In this document: positions 1-19,187 of the stretch, piece after piece
How positions within the stretch are numbered: position 1 is the stretch's first letter
How the letters are laid out: the number at the start of each line of letters is the position of its first letter
Assembly: GCF_009914755.1 (NCBI RefSeq)
Contig: NC_060927.1
Source of the DNA: the human T2T-CHM13v2.0 reference genome, Homo sapiens
Length of the DNA stretch: 64,000 nt
Direction: 5' to 3' (one strand)
The notes under the pieces: generated by a model
Seen by the model: the letters and a program-made list of their open reading frames with translations, nothing else
The model's database searches: none
Told to the model about the DNA's origin: nothing
Translations under genes and position numbers: made by a program

Positions 1-337
1 GTCACTTAATTCCATTCCAAATCACTTATAATAATGAACCAATTTTCAAGTATCCCAGTATTACCAATGTCCATACCCATATTATATAATTTTAACTAAA
101 TTATTCTTTAAATAGTAGAGAGCCAAATATAGTTGTAAGAGAATATTTTTAAATATCTGAAGATGTTAAAATTAATAATACTAATACTTTCAGTGAATCC
201 CATTTTAAAAATTAAATATAATGTAGCTACTAAAAGCACAGGTTTTGTACTGTAAATTTTTTGTGTGTCTTATCTAATAAGCATAAGCTGAATGTATCTT
301 AGAGAGTAAAGGACAGTGTTGTCCGAAATAAACATAA

Positions 338-628
338 GGCTGGGTGTGGTGGCTCACACCTATAATCCCAGCACTTTGGGAGGCCAAGGTGGAAGGATTG
401 CTTGTGTCCAGGAGTTCAAGACCAGCCCGAGCAACATAGTGAGAACCCATCTCTATAAAAAAATTAAAAATTAGCTGGGCATAGTGGTGTGCACCTGTAG
501 ACCCAGCTCCTCAGGAGGCTAGATGGGAGAATCACTTGATCCCAGGAGGTCAAGGCTGCAGTGAGTCATGATCACACCACTGTACTCAGCCTGGGTGACA
601 GAGTGAGACCCCATCTCAAAAAAATAAA
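338..628 (+). mobile_element. AluJ-type SINE
   Basis: Dimeric Alu with TSD aaataaacataa (326-337 / 629-640). Confidence 0.9.
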
Positions 629-671
629 AAATAAACATAATGAGAGCCACATACATAATTTTAAATTTTCT

Positions 672-1098
672 GCTGGGCAAAGTAGCTTGCTCCTGTAATC
701 CCAGCAAGGGAGGATTGTTTGAGCCCAGAAGCTCGAAACCAGCCTGGGCAACATAGTGAGACCCCATCTCTAAAAAGAAAAAAAAAATTTTTTTTTTAAA
801 TTAGTGAGGTGTGGTGGCATGTGCCTGTAATCCCAGCACTTTGGGAGGCTAAGCAGGGAAGACTGCTTGAGGCCATTAGTTTGAGACCAGCCTGGGCAAC
901 ATAGTGAGACTTCTGTCTCTACACAAAATTTAAAAATTAGCCAAGTGTGGTAGTACACACCTGTGGTCCTAGGTAGTTGGGAGGCTGAGGAGGGAGGATC
1001 CCTTGAGCCCAGAAATTCAAGGTTGCAATGAACTATGATTGTGCCACTGTACTCCAGCCTGGACAACAGAGTAAGACCCTGTCTCTTAATTTAAAAAA
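672..1098 (+). mobile_element. Degenerate Alu left monomer followed by AluJ-type element
   Basis: Alu motifs at 672-790 and 803-1098. Confidence 0.85.
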
Positions 1099-1114
1099 AT
1101 TCTGGCAGCCACAT

Positions 1115-1154
1115 TGTATTAGTCAGGGTTCTCTAGAGGGACAGAACTAATGGA

Positions 1155-1188
<34 letters not shown>

Positions 1189-1810
1189 TATATGTGTATT
1201 ATATATAAAAATATATATTATATATGTGTGTATTATATATAATATATATTATATATATTATATATGTGTGTATTATATATAATATAATATATGTTATATG
1301 TGTGTATTATATATAATATATGTGTGTATTATATATAATATATATTATATATGTGTATTATATATAATATATATTATATGTGTATTATATATATAATATA
1401 TATTATATATATTATATATATAAAGGGGAGTTTATTAAGTATTAACTCACACAATCACAAGGTCCCACATAGGCCATCTGCAAGCTGAGGAGCAAGGAGA
1501 GCCAGTCTGAGTTCCAAAACTGAAGAACTTGGAGTCTGATGTTCGAGGACAGGAAGCATCCAGCACAGGAGAAAGATGTAGGCTGGGAGGCTAGGCCAGT
1601 CTCTCTTTTCACATTTTTCTGACTGCTTATATTCTAGCTGCACTGGCAGCTGATTAGGTTGTGCCCACCCAGATTAAGGGTAGGTCTGCCTTTCCCAGCC
1701 TACTGACTCAAATGTTAATCTCCTTTGGCAACAACCTCACAGACACACCCAGGATTAATACTTTGTATCCTTTAATCCATTCAAGTTGACACTCAGTATT
1801 AACCACCACA
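1115..1810 (-). mobile_element. MLT2A-type (ERVL) solo LTR
   Basis: Termini tgtattagtcagggttctctagag...gacactcagtattaaccaccaca; perfect 5-bp TSD CACAT (1110-1114 / 1811-1815). Confidence 0.9.
1155..1421. repeat. Expanded compound (TA)n / tatatgtgtgtattata repeat inside the LTR
   Basis: Directly visible AT-rich tandem array. Confidence 0.95.
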
Positions 1811-1828
1811 CACATTAAAAATATAAAA

Positions 1829-1986
1829 AGCTGGGTGCAGTGGTACATGCCTGTTGTCCCAGTTACTTGGGAGGCTAAGGTAGGAGGATCCCTTGAGGCC
1901 AGGAGTTTGAGGTTGTAGTGCACTACAATCACACCTGTGAATAACTACTGCACTTGATCCTAGACAACATAGCAAGATCCCATCTC

Positions 1987-1987
<1 letters not shown>
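1829..1987 (+). mobile_element. FAM-like fossil Alu monomer
   Basis: Monomer with 7SL-like cctgtgaataactactgcac segment. Confidence 0.75.
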
Positions 1988-2028
<41 letters not shown>

Positions 2029-2030
2029 TA
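1988..2030. repeat. (TA)n microsatellite
   Basis: Visible dinucleotide run at the monomer tail. Confidence 0.95.
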
Positions 2031-3996
2031 AACAAAACAAATTCTAATGATCTATTTTGCCTACAGCATCCAAAATATTTCAATATTAATAAATATTAAA
2101 ATGATTAATAAATTATTCATAAAATTTCATATCACTGTTTTCTTACTAATTCATTGAAATCATTGTACATTTGTTTTATGCTTAGGACATCTCAATTAGA
2201 GCTAGCCACATTTGAAGGGTTTAGTAACTACAGTAGCTAATGGCTATAGTATTAGATAACACAGGTATATAAATAAAAATCCATAGGAAACTCATTTATA
2301 TAAATAAAATGTATTTTAAGTAGAGTGGTTCTCTATCTTTTTATATTAATATCAGATTTTATCTAAACCAGTTTAGTAAATATTTTAATGTAGAGTTCAG
2401 ATAAAAGTGTGATTGTTAGCTTTGTAAGTAATGGTAGGATGTCCCTCTTTAATAAATGTCATCTTAAGTTCTTTGATATTAGTCTGAAATATGTTTCAAA
2501 TATGTTTTGTAAAGTCCTTTAGTTAAGTTAAAATATCATTCCAAATGAGTTTATATATATATAACATGATGATGTAGTTTGAGTTTTTAAAGTGTTACCA
2601 TAGCTAAAATGGGATTTATGAAAAACAACTTTTTATCCTGGCAATTACTATTATACTGAGGGCTCCCGTTTTGCTTTTCCTGGATCCAGTTGTCAAATTC
2701 TTATTTATTAGATTTTTTTTAAATTTCAAATTTCTGTTGCTGTTAGTATTTTTTTCTTTTTGAGGCTATATTGTATCACTATATAGTATTCTAGGTATGT
2801 AGTGCATTGGTCTCTCCAAAACACAAGTTTTATCAACCTTTTTCCTCCATGTTTTTGTCTTATACTGATGGTGATGATAGATGAGAGGCTCTGCACACCA
2901 TGTAACTTATTAAAGCATAATGATAAATTTTAGTATAGAATTAAAGAAGGTAGCCAACAGGAAGGATGTAAAGAGAGGTAAGGCATGATCTAAGTAGGTA
3001 GTGTCTGCCTCTCATGCAAAGTTGAGACGACTGAGGAGTAACGTGGCCTGAGGTGGACGAGAGGGGAAGGAGGTTTTTATAGAGAGAATGGTGCCAACTC
3101 ATGTGTCCCCTTTGACAGATTCTAATGCTTTCACACTTTCCAAGTAGTCATTATGTCAGAATATGTTTTTAACACTTCAACTTCCAAAATAGATTTGGTC
3201 ATTTTGAAAGATATAAATACACGTTAAAGGACATTATCCAGATTCAGAAGTAACTCTTTAAATCACAATAAAGATTATTGTAAGAAAAGAACTGAAACTT
3301 TTATTTAACCACTATGTTACATTTTTATTGTCTCCATTCATTTCTTTAAATGAAAAATAAATTCTGTTTGACTTGAGCAAAACCATTTACCAAGCTCTTA
3401 CTTTGAAATGAATAGGCACTGATTTTGGTCATTTGGGCAGAGATAAACAATTTAATGTTTTAATACTGTATGAGGTACAGATTAAGTGACTCAAAAGGGA
3501 AGATTATGAAATGAATATGTAAAACTTATTACATCAATTTCTTAAAAATCTTATGGTATTACTTTATGATATTCTTAAAGTATTTACCTTTTGCCTCTTA
3601 ACTAAGATGAATAGCTTTGAAGAGGGAGTATGATAGAACAATCACTTGAAAATTAATTTAATTTAATAATGACAAACTTAAATTATTTAAGGGTATTTGT
3701 TGAGTTCTAGTGGACAAAAGGTGGAAGAACCATTTTAAAGCAATATATTTATGTGATTTTCTTGAGCTCTTTGGATAAAAACTACACCTTTAAAAGCTAA
3801 CCATTCAGTGTACAAATTAATAATAATTTTCAGTCATTTAACTCCAAAATATGTCTGCTTTAGTATCAAAATATATTAAGCCTTTATTAGTCTTACTTAG
3901 TACCCATGTTAATACTTTTCAGTTTTCCTACCTTTGCTGTTGGTTTTCAAAGACAGCAACAAACTATATCCTTAAAGGTGTTTCTTTCTTTATTAG

Positions 3997-4059
3997 AGCA
4001 CTTGCTTTCAAAGAGTGGCGGGGACTGCACTTTTATTCATCAATTCATAGAATGCCAGA
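3997..4059 (+). CDS. SLMAP: SLMAP 63-nt cassette-type exon, (E)HLLSKSGGDCTFIHQFIECQ
   Basis: tttctttctttattag| acceptor, |gtgagt donor, phase 1-1; peptide lies in ORF 3906..4115. Confidence 0.9.
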
Positions 4060-4500
4060 GTGAGTACAGAGTATTTTTCACATTGATTTTAATGAAGTCA
4101 GGGGCTAAAACTTAAAAGTGAGAGGTAAAATGAGGATCTCAATGTGTTTGTTATAGCAGAAGTGCTTAAAGGGGCATCTTTAGACAGCAGCAAACCTTTT
4201 CATAACTATTTGTCTTTTGAGAAAAGTATTTCTGTTGCATTTGCCTTCACAGATGGAGCTGAGCATTTCATAATAGCTACCATAAAAAAGAGGGAAACTT
4301 TCAAGCTTGTTAAATTTGAGGTTCTTAAATAAATTTCTTAGAGAAAATGAAGCCAGAAAAATAATTATTTAGTTTGGGCACTCCATTCTGAAGATGGCCC
4401 TCAGAGTAGCAGGAGCTTTTTAGAGAGGTAGTAGCAGTAGATTGTCCTACAATCTGACCTCCACTGCCTATCCGTGGGAAGTTGTAAAAGGCTATCTTTA

Positions 4501-5083
<583 letters not shown>

Positions 5084-5454
5084 TCACAAAAGCTGCTTAA
5101 ATCTGTAACAATTGCAAGGTTATGATATTTTCTTGGTTTTGTTAAGTAAAGGTCATTGTATGTGGTAAAGATTTGTTGATAATGTCTGCGGTTTTTCCCA
5201 TCAAGCAAATACTTTCTCAGGCATTCTTCTCATTCTGCTCTCCTTTCTTGGAAATGTGGTTTCCCAAGTTTTTATGCTCATAATTTCATTTTGTGGATAT
5301 TCATGCATATGTGCCCCCCGCTACCCTGCCCCACTACCTCAGGAGCGCTTGGGGGTTCTATGGGTCATACCTGGTAATTAAAACAGACACAAATTCAACA
5401 AATCAAATGTTATACTCCTTAGAGATCCTTCAAAGAAACTGAGAATTTCATTTA

Positions 5455-5901
<447 letters not shown>

Positions 5902-6054
5902 CTATTTATAAAGCAAAGATTAGTACATCTTTTTGTTACCTTCTGATTACTAAATCTCATTTTCATGGGAAATTGGCACAGGGTCCTGGGGCAAAATAAT
6001 TGGTGTCCACTGATACCAACTAAAAGAATATCTAATCTAAAATGCAAATCTTTA

Positions 6055-6672
6055 GGCCAGGTGCTATGGCTCACGTCTGTAATCCTGCTCTTTCATGGGC
6101 CTAGGCAGGAGGATCCCTTGAGGCCAGGAGATCAAGACCAGCTTGGGCAACATAGTGAGACCCGTTCCTATAAAAAACTTTAAAAAATTATCCAGGAGAG
6201 GCTGGGAGCTGTGGCTTATGCCTATAATCCCAGTACTTTGGAAGGCTGAGGCGGGCTGATCACTTGAGGTCAGGAGTTTGAGACGAACCTGGCCAACATG
6301 GTGAAACCCCATCTCTACTAAAAATACACAAAATTAGCTGGGGCGTGGTGATGCATGCCTGTAATCCCAGCTACTCAGGAGGCTGAAGCAGGAGAATCAC
6401 TTGAACCTGGGAGACGGAGGTTGCAGCGAGCCAAGATCGCACCACTGCACTCCGGCCTGGGCAACAGAGTGAGACTGTCTCAGCAACAGCAACAACAAAA
6501 AAATTATCCGGGAGTGATGGCACATGTATGTAGCCCTAGCTACTCAAGAAGCTAAGGTGGGAGGACCCCCTGAGCCCAGGAGTTCAAGGCTCCAGTGAGC
6601 TATAGTTGTGCCACTGCACTCTAACCTAGGCAACAGAGCAAATCCCCGTCTCTAAAAAATAAAATAAAATAC
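6055..6672 (+). mobile_element. AluJ interrupted at its mid A-rich linker by an AluS (6200-6502)
   Basis: Duplicated aaaaattatccaggag / aaaaattatccgggag flanks the inner Alu. Confidence 0.85.
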
Positions 6673-6837
6673 AAATCTTTAGAAGAAAGATTTTTATTTT
6701 GAACTTTTAAGATTTATATTTTGAACCCTAATGAGAGCAGATAATTATCAAAAGAATGTCTACTCAGTTACAATTTGCAAAAATCCTTGTTTTATTTTGT
6801 TATTATTACTGGCTTACTTAAAACAAAACAACTTTTT

Positions 6838-7235
<398 letters not shown>

Positions 7236-7603
7236 GCTTTTTACTTTTTAATGTCTATTTTATTATTGAACATTTCACTTAAAATAGTATAAAATACTTA
7301 GCTATATTTGTAACACAGAATAAAGTTTGCTTTAAATATACAAAAGGTGTTTGAAGATTTTTGTTGCATCATAGTTTTGGGGGAAAATGGACCAAATAAA
7401 CATGCAGAGATAGCACAGAATTTATATAAATTACACCAAATCCCTTCAGTGGGAATGTTAGAAAGTTATTAAAATGATGTTTATGAGGACTGTGTAATAG
7501 CATGAGAAAATACTAAACAGGTAGTACCTACATACAAGAAAAAAATCAAAATATAAAATCCCATTTTTGTGTACAAAGGGTGGACCAAAGAACAGCGAAA
7601 AAA

Positions 7604-7908
7604 ACCAGGCACAGTGGCTCATACCTGTAATCTCAGCACTTCAGGAGGCAAAGGTGGGAGGATTGCTTGAGCCAGGAATTTACAGCCACCCTGGGCAACA
7701 TAGTGAGACCCCATCTCTACAAAAAATTAGCTGGCCATGGTGATAACATGCCTGTGTCCCAGCTACTCAGGAGTCTGAAGCAGGAGGATCGCTTAAACCC
7801 ATGAGGTTGAGGCTGCAGTGAACCATGATCACACCATTGCACTCCAGCCTGGGCTACAGAGCAAGACCTGTCTCAGAAAACAAAAACAACAACAAAACAA
7901 AAGAAAAT
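7604..7908 (+). mobile_element. AluJ-type SINE
   Basis: Dimer with J-type gaggctgcagtga. Confidence 0.88.
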
Positions 7909-10013
7909 AAGTATTCCCAGACATCTGAATCCTTTCGGTCCCTGAGTGCAAACAGAGAAAGTTTGGGCTATGAGTTCAGGTAGCTAAGGAGAGGCCTACT
8001 ATTGAAATCTGTTTGGTTTCTGAGTTTCAGGTAGCAAGTAGTAAGAATTTGGTTATTGGTGATTCCAGAGGTATTTCAAAACTTTCCAAATCTGTTCGTT
8101 TCCTTAAATTTGGGTAACCAGAGTTGGGAAAGTGAGGGTTGACTCTGGTTTGACTTGTCAGAAGGGACATTTTGTCATTTTATGACATGCTGCCATTGTA
8201 AAAATTGTTGTGTTTAATAAGTATTTTTAATATTATAAGCAAGACAAATTCAGCAAATATCTTAAGTAAATTTATACTCAAGCACTTTTAAAACAATTTT
8301 GGATTACATATTAACAAGTTCACACAAGGTTTTTTGCCATTATTTTCATTGATAGGTATCTTGAACTGATTTATAATTTTGAATATGAAGTAAATATTTG
8401 TGTGCAGTGCTGCTTCATATTTCTTGTTTCCAGTCTTTTAAAAAGCAAATGTTAAATACCTAGCCTTCATTATTTATTAGTGCTTCTATAGTATAATTCA
8501 CCTTGTGTTTTAAAAATTAGAAAGCAAATCATTTATTTCCATAAGGTTTTCCATGTCTGTCTTTAATATGATGACAGATTTTTCAGTTTATGTGTATGAA
8601 TCTATAAGAGAACAATTTGGTTGTTGGCTCTTTCCATTTAAAAGTTGTAGAAAATAAATGAATTGAAACACATTTCAATTTGTTTTCCTTTTATGGTAAA
8701 ACAGACTTTTTAAAGAAAAACTTCTCTTTTCTAAGAAAAACTTTAAATTCCAGACAAAGAAATTGGACTTTGAACAGAGATTTAAATAATGTTTTGCATA
8801 ATTTCAGAACTGTAAAGTAAATATTCTCTATTAAAAGATCTTTACCACATATAATCTAGAATTAGGAAGTCACTTCAGTAAAACTTGCTAAAAAAAGCTT
8901 CAGCAATATTTTCCTCTTCAGGGATTCAGACATGAGCTTGGTTTAGGCAAAACTCCACATTTAGTGTTCTCTGCAAATTTTAGTTACTTAAAGTTTACCG
9001 TATAAACTTAATGGATACATTGAAACTTTTTGTGTTCTGCTAAAGATGTTTTCCAAATTAAGAAATAATGTATCTCTAAATCTGTTTCATACATATCCAT
9101 GAACTCTGTCACTTGATTAACTTGTACGCGTGGTGGAAAGATGAAGGGTGAAAGGACATGGAGAACTGCCATCACTTGGTGGGCATAGAGTGAGAGATAG
9201 CCTTCTCTGGACTGCTGCCTGCCCCTTTGATTTCTTTTGCTACTGTCTGTTCTAATGAGGAGAGAGGCATCATTGCCAGATGCCAGAGAAATTTTCCTGA
9301 GGTCTACTTTGTAGAGACAAACTGCCCACTCCCCAAGGGCATCTCTCTCAATGGTAGAGTTAATCAGTGCCCTAAAGTAGACCTCATGCCTTTGTATTCT
9401 TTTTTTTTTTTAACACCTGAGATCTGAGGATGTATTCTTAATCCGTGTTTGTTATTATTATGAGACTTAACTTTTTGTTGTTATTAGTTTAATATTTTAT
9501 GTCTTACTGTTTTTTTCCTGATTTTCAGAAAAATCTTTCTCTCTGCCTCCCACCCCCATAACTAGGAAAAATTATAGTCACTATCTGTATATGCTTTTCT
9601 CATTCCCTCCTTTCTCTTAGGGCTTTGCTCTCACATAGAAATTGCCTTATTTGGAGTAATGCATTGAATTGATGTTGCTTATGTGACTGAATGTTTATTT
9701 TTCATCACTCTGTGAGGTCAGCCTCTCAGAACAGTCTCAGTATTCTGATTACGTATTCTACTCAAAACAGATTTTTAGATTTTCATTTTGTAAACTTTTA
9801 TTTCTCTAAGCCAAAGCAGTTTATGGCAAATAATAGAAAACATGTATTGTGTTTCCCTGCTCGTAATATGTTATGTCCCTGTAATAGGAAAACTCTGAGT
9901 GTCAGCTAGGTGCTGCTAATTTTATTTTTTTATTCTCAGAGTGGTTTATTCAATCTAAGATGTATTAGAGAGTTGTTTGTACTGATCATTTCCCTAGTCA
10001 GCCCACTTTCTAA

Positions 10014-10510
<497 letters not shown>

Positions 10511-10844
10511 TAAATTTTAGGACAAATAGCTTCTGGAACTGTTTTTATGAAAAGGCACAACATCTTCTATAGCAAGAGTTACTTTAACTGATTAAATTTT
10601 GCTGCAGAAATGAGTAACCTTATGAAAGTCTGTATTATTAAAACTGGGAACCTCACAGAGCCTCTCCTATGAGGTTCTATGTCTCTATTTCTGTTTTGTT
10701 AATTATTTCAGAAGGGAAATAATTTTCTGGTTTGAATACCGATTATAACAATTTGTGTATTGATATTCTAATCTCAGTTTCTTCATCATATTTTCTCTTG
10801 GTGATCTTTTAGGTAATGTTAACTCATTTCTGTTTATGATGTTT

Positions 10845-11065
10845 AGAATTCAATCAGAGGGATCTTGATGTGAATTCTGATGCACTCTCTCACTGGCAGT
10901 ATGATTGTGGACAATACTGGGCAAATTTACCTCTTTAAACCTTGATTTCCTCATTTATAAAGTGGGATGGCAGTATCTCTCATAGAATTATGAAAATTAA
11001 TTGAGATCGTATTTACTAAGTGCTCTAAGTAATGCATGACACACTGAAATGTACATTAGTTAGCA
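10845..11065 (+). mobile_element. MIR SINE
   Basis: gggcaaatttacctctttaaaccttgatttcctcatttataaagtggga core. Confidence 0.75.
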
Positions 11066-11689
11066 GGCAGAAAACATGTTGGAGAGGTGTAGAAGCTGTG
11101 CATAATTACCAGTATGCATGCTATTTAAAAAATTTGGTGTCAAGAACATTATTTTGATGTCCCAGTCATAGCATTTTCTTAATGAAACCCAATTTTGAGA
11201 CTTAGAAATATTTTCCAGGTTGGCAGTTACAGCAGCAGATTGTCTGGTTCTTTTATATTCACTCCCTCCTCTCTTCCAATCAATTTGTTTCAGATCCCTA
11301 GGAAACTGACATCAGTATCAGATAGTCTGTGCTATTTGGGTTTATCTTCTGCTTTAGTTTCAATTAGTTGTAGCTGTCAAGTAAGGAAAATGGCTTTTTA
11401 GCTTTAAGAACTCAATCCAATCTTGGCATAGCTGTCTCAAACTTCTGGGCTCAAGTGATCCTCCCAATTTGGCCTTTCAAAGCATTGAGATTACAGGCAT
11501 GAGCCACCATATTCAGCCTCCTTTGAACTTCTTTTGAGTGTATTGTTTGTATTGTTTCTCATTTTTAATTTTATGCCACATAGTAATATGGTTAGTACAT
11601 AATTTATTTCTGTCAATCAAGAAGTAAATTTGGTTCTCTCTGTTCAGTCTTTGACAAGATTTGATAGTCTTCTGACTAAATGCTTAGAT

Positions 11690-13272
<1,583 letters not shown>

Positions 13273-13280
13273 AGTTTTAG

Positions 13281-13576
<296 letters not shown>

Positions 13577-13817
13577 TTTTAAAAAAGAAGAAAGAAAGCC
13601 TTCTACTCTATCGCTCTTTGAGTTGTACCAAGTTAGATAGGTCTTTGAAGACCTGCAGTTATCATGACAGGAAAATTCTTTCTTGAGTCTCTGAAGGGGT
13701 AAAGTGAGAGGCAGAGATCTCTGATCTCACCTCGATTGTATGTATTACACTTGTGACTCCCAAAGCATTGAGGTCTCTACACCAAGTTGGAGACTCAGTG
13801 GTTACAGACTGTTTTAA

Positions 13818-14124
<307 letters not shown>

Positions 14125-14219
14125 AAAATATATTTTTTCTTTATTTACAGGCCTCTAGTGATTCACAAGATTTGAAAATATAACTTTAAATAATTTCAAT
14201 GGTGATAATAGCAGCTAAT

Positions 14220-14403
14220 TAGCCAGGAGCAGTGATTAATGCCTGTAGTCTCAACCAACTGGGAGGCTGAGGCCAGAGGATCGCTTGAGCCCGGGAGTTA
14301 GAGGCTGCAGTTCACAGTGATCATGCTGTGAAAAGCCACAGTACTCCAGCCTGGTCAATGTAGCAAGATGCCATATCTTAAATAAATAAATAAATAAATA
14401 AAT
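14220..14403 (+). mobile_element. FAM-like Alu monomer with (TAAA)n tail
   Basis: ctgtgaaaagccacagtactcc 7SL-like segment; TSD gcagctaat. Confidence 0.75.
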
Positions 14404-14519
14404 GCAGCTAATCATTATTTAGTACTTATAAACCAGTACTGTTCAAACTTTTTATATATATTATTTAATCCTTTTTTTAGGATGAGGAAACACTCAAATA
14501 ATTTTTTCTTTTGATCCCT

Positions 14520-15970
14520 TTAAACATAGATGCTCAATTGATTCATTCTACAAAGATTAATTAAACATGTATGTACCAGGCATTATTTTAACTGTTGGGG
14601 TTATTAGAAGTGAGTAAGACAAAGAAGGCTTTGCCTTCATGGAGTTTACAAGCTCTTGAGGAGACAAAAAATAATAAACCAAAAAATTAATATGTTAGGA
14701 AGTGATGAGTCCACTGAAGAAAACAAAGACTGTAAGGGGATAGGGAACAATAAAGGTAGTAATGTGGCTGAACAGATATGGGACTAAGCTGAGTTGTATG
14801 TGTGTCTGGAGAAAGTGTGTGAAATAAAAACCATATGAAACCCTAAGACTGAGATTGGAGTTTTAGAAGAACTTAAACACCTTTTTAAAATAAAAGGCCA
14901 GATAGTAAATATTTTAGTCTTTGCAGGCTGTAAGGTCTCTTGGCAGCTACTCAGTTCTGCCATTATAAGGGAAATTAGCCATGGACAATATGCAAATGAA
15001 TGGACCTGGCTGTGTTCTCATAAAACTTTATTTGCTAAACAGGCAGCAGGTTGGATTTGGCCCTGTGGGGGTATAGTTGACTGACCCCTGGGATAGATCT
15101 CAAGGGACCTTGTAGGCCATGATAGGAACTTCAGATTTTTTTCTAAGGGTGAGAGAGTTTGGAGCAATAAATTACAATCTTCTGATATGTGTTTATAATT
15201 TTTAAACATGTCAGTATGTAGATCTTCAACATACTAGAGAAAGACTAGAATAGCTTTCAAAGCTATTTGTGTTTATACTATTTTATTATCTGCTGTGTTC
15301 ATGTAACAGGCATTTGCAAACAACTATTATGTGTCAGAAGTGTGTTGGGAATTAAATTATTAAAAAAAAAAACTTCTCTACTTTCACCAGACCCTAAATT
15401 CCTATATTTCTCTCATTTATCTTGGTAATCCACAGTGAGTGCCTGGTGCATAGTAAATATTTGAAAGAATGAGTATATTCCCTCAAGGAATTCATAGTAA
15501 GTTGGGCAAGGTAGACATAATGAATAGTTGCAATATACCTTAAGAGAGATAGGAATAGAGGCTTAGTGAGGAGAGATTCCAAACATATTTAGGAGAAAGG
15601 AAGAGAAGATAATTTCAGTTTTAGACATGGTGAGATTTAAGTCCCAGTGGTATTTCTGGGTGAAGATGTTTGGAAAGTAGTTGGACAATGGACAATAGGG
15701 TCCTGGGGCCAAAGAATGCTAGACTTAACATCAACATTTAGAAATTACTCAAGGTAGTTAAAGCCATTAAAAAATGTTGTTGTTGTTGCTGACAGAGATC
15801 TTAAAGGCTAATGCACATATTTAGATTATAATCAGAGAAAGGGAAAGGCAATAAAAGCCTAAGAAGGAAGGAATGAACAAGCACATAAAAGTAGGAGTGA
15901 GTGATATCCTAGAAGTTAAAGTAGTAGTGTTTCCAAAGGGAGGCAGTAAACTTGATTAAATACGGTGAAT
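14520..15970 (-). mobile_element. Degenerate L2 LINE fragments
   Basis: attcattc...atgtaccaggcatt...gccttcatggagtttaca L2 3'-end pattern; cagttttagacatggtgagatttaag. Confidence 0.6.
14880..15090. mobile_element. MER58A-like DNA transposon
   Basis: ggccagatagtaaatattttag...ataaaactttattt...gacccctg. Confidence 0.8.
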
Positions 15971-16279
15971 GGACCCATTCATAGTAAAATATTATAAAAA
16001 GCATAAGTCACAAGCACAAGAGAATGGGAGAGAAGACTACAGTGGATAATAGATGCCAACAAAATTTTGGAAAATGTGAAACATACAATTGAGTAGTAAG
16101 AGATATGGGTTTCCACTTTCTCTTTTCTGAAGGCCTGCAATGGGGTAAAGGAAACTTCAGAAAACCAAGTTAAAACTGTGGCTAAGGGGCACTTAATACC
16201 TGTCAGGTAGGGCAGGAATGCATGGTTGCTAAAAACAGGATTAAAAGTTTATATAAGGAATAATTTGAACTATTTTCTT

Positions 16280-16598
16280 ATTTTTCTTCTTCTTTTTTCT
16301 TTTCTTTCTTTTTTTTTTTTTTTTGAGACAGGATCTCTGCTGCCTAGGCTGTAGTACAGTGGCATGATCTTGGCTCACTGCAGCCACAACCTCGCAGGTA
16401 TCGATCCTCCCATCTCAGCCTCCCAAGTAGTTGAGACTAAGGGCATACGTCACCACACCCAGTTAATTTTTCTATTTTTAGTAGAGACAGGGTTTTGTCA
16501 TGTTGCCCAGGCTGGTTTCGAGCTCCTGGGCTCAAGCGATCTGCCTGCCTCGGTCTCCCAATGTGCTGGGATTATAGGCGTGAGCCACCACACCAGGC
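16280..16598 (-). mobile_element. AluJ-type SINE
   Basis: Reverse Alu. Confidence 0.88.
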
Positions 16599-16863
16599 TG
16601 ATACTTTGTATTCTTGTCCATGCAGACAGACAAGTATCTCTTTCTTTATTCAGAAAGACTGAAGGTTTGCTCTCTGGAGGCTGAAATGGAGAGTCTGTAG
16701 ACTGGGGTATTTCAGATATGTCTGAGGGGGTAGGTATGAGCATCTCACTGGGGAAAAGTGGGAGAGTTAAATGAAAGTCTCTGTACTGAATCAGAATGCT
16801 CGTCAACAGGCTTATATTCCCCAGAAAGGCAGCTGCAGGGCTCTACTCCAGAGAAACCAATCA

Positions 16864-17292
<429 letters not shown>

Positions 17293-17410
17293 TCACCCTT
17301 GAATATGAAGAGAAAGCCAAGATCAGACTTTTGAGGAAATTCTTTCTTGACAAAGACAGAGATCAAACCAAAAAACAAACAAAAAAACACACACAGAAAA
17401 ATGTGAGTAG

Positions 17411-18449
<1,039 letters not shown>

Positions 18450-18478
18450 AAGAAGCAGAAACTTTTTTAAAGATATAA

Positions 18479-18770
<292 letters not shown>

Positions 18771-19187
18771 TAAAAGTATAATTTTTGAAGTTTTATGGAT
18801 GAAGCAAGATAAAGATGGTATTTTTTAAAGGAGCAAAATGCAAATAGAATTTTTGAAAGCTAAAAATATGATACCAGATTTTTAAAAACTGTAGGAAGAT
18901 TGAGGAGAAGGTAGAGGAAATGTCCCAGAAAATATAAGAAAAAGGCAAGAGGTTTTTTTTTTTTTCAAGAGGGAAAATTAAAGAAAATTTGAGGTTTAAT
19001 CCTAGAGATCTAATATATTAATAATGAATTCCAGAGGGGGAGAATAAGGGGGAGAGAGAGAATGGAATAATTTACCAATTAAGTAGAATACAAGATAATT
19101 CCCCAGAAGTGACAGATACGAGCTTATAAACTGAAAAAAAAAATGCACCGAGTACTTAGCACAATATATTTTAAATGACCACACACT

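Larger units (their letters stand above)
314..2263 (-). mobile_element. MER33-like hAT-Charlie DNA transposon, split by nested insertions
   Basis: Pieces cagtgttgtcc (314), atgagagccacatacataattttaaattttc (640), gcagccacat (1105), and 2040-2263 ending gctatagtattagataacacag join into the MER33 pattern. Confidence 0.75.

Noticed and set aside
1155-1421. Repeat-spacer-like appearance of the TA array
   Set aside because: Low-complexity slippage repeat, not CRISPR; eukaryotic context
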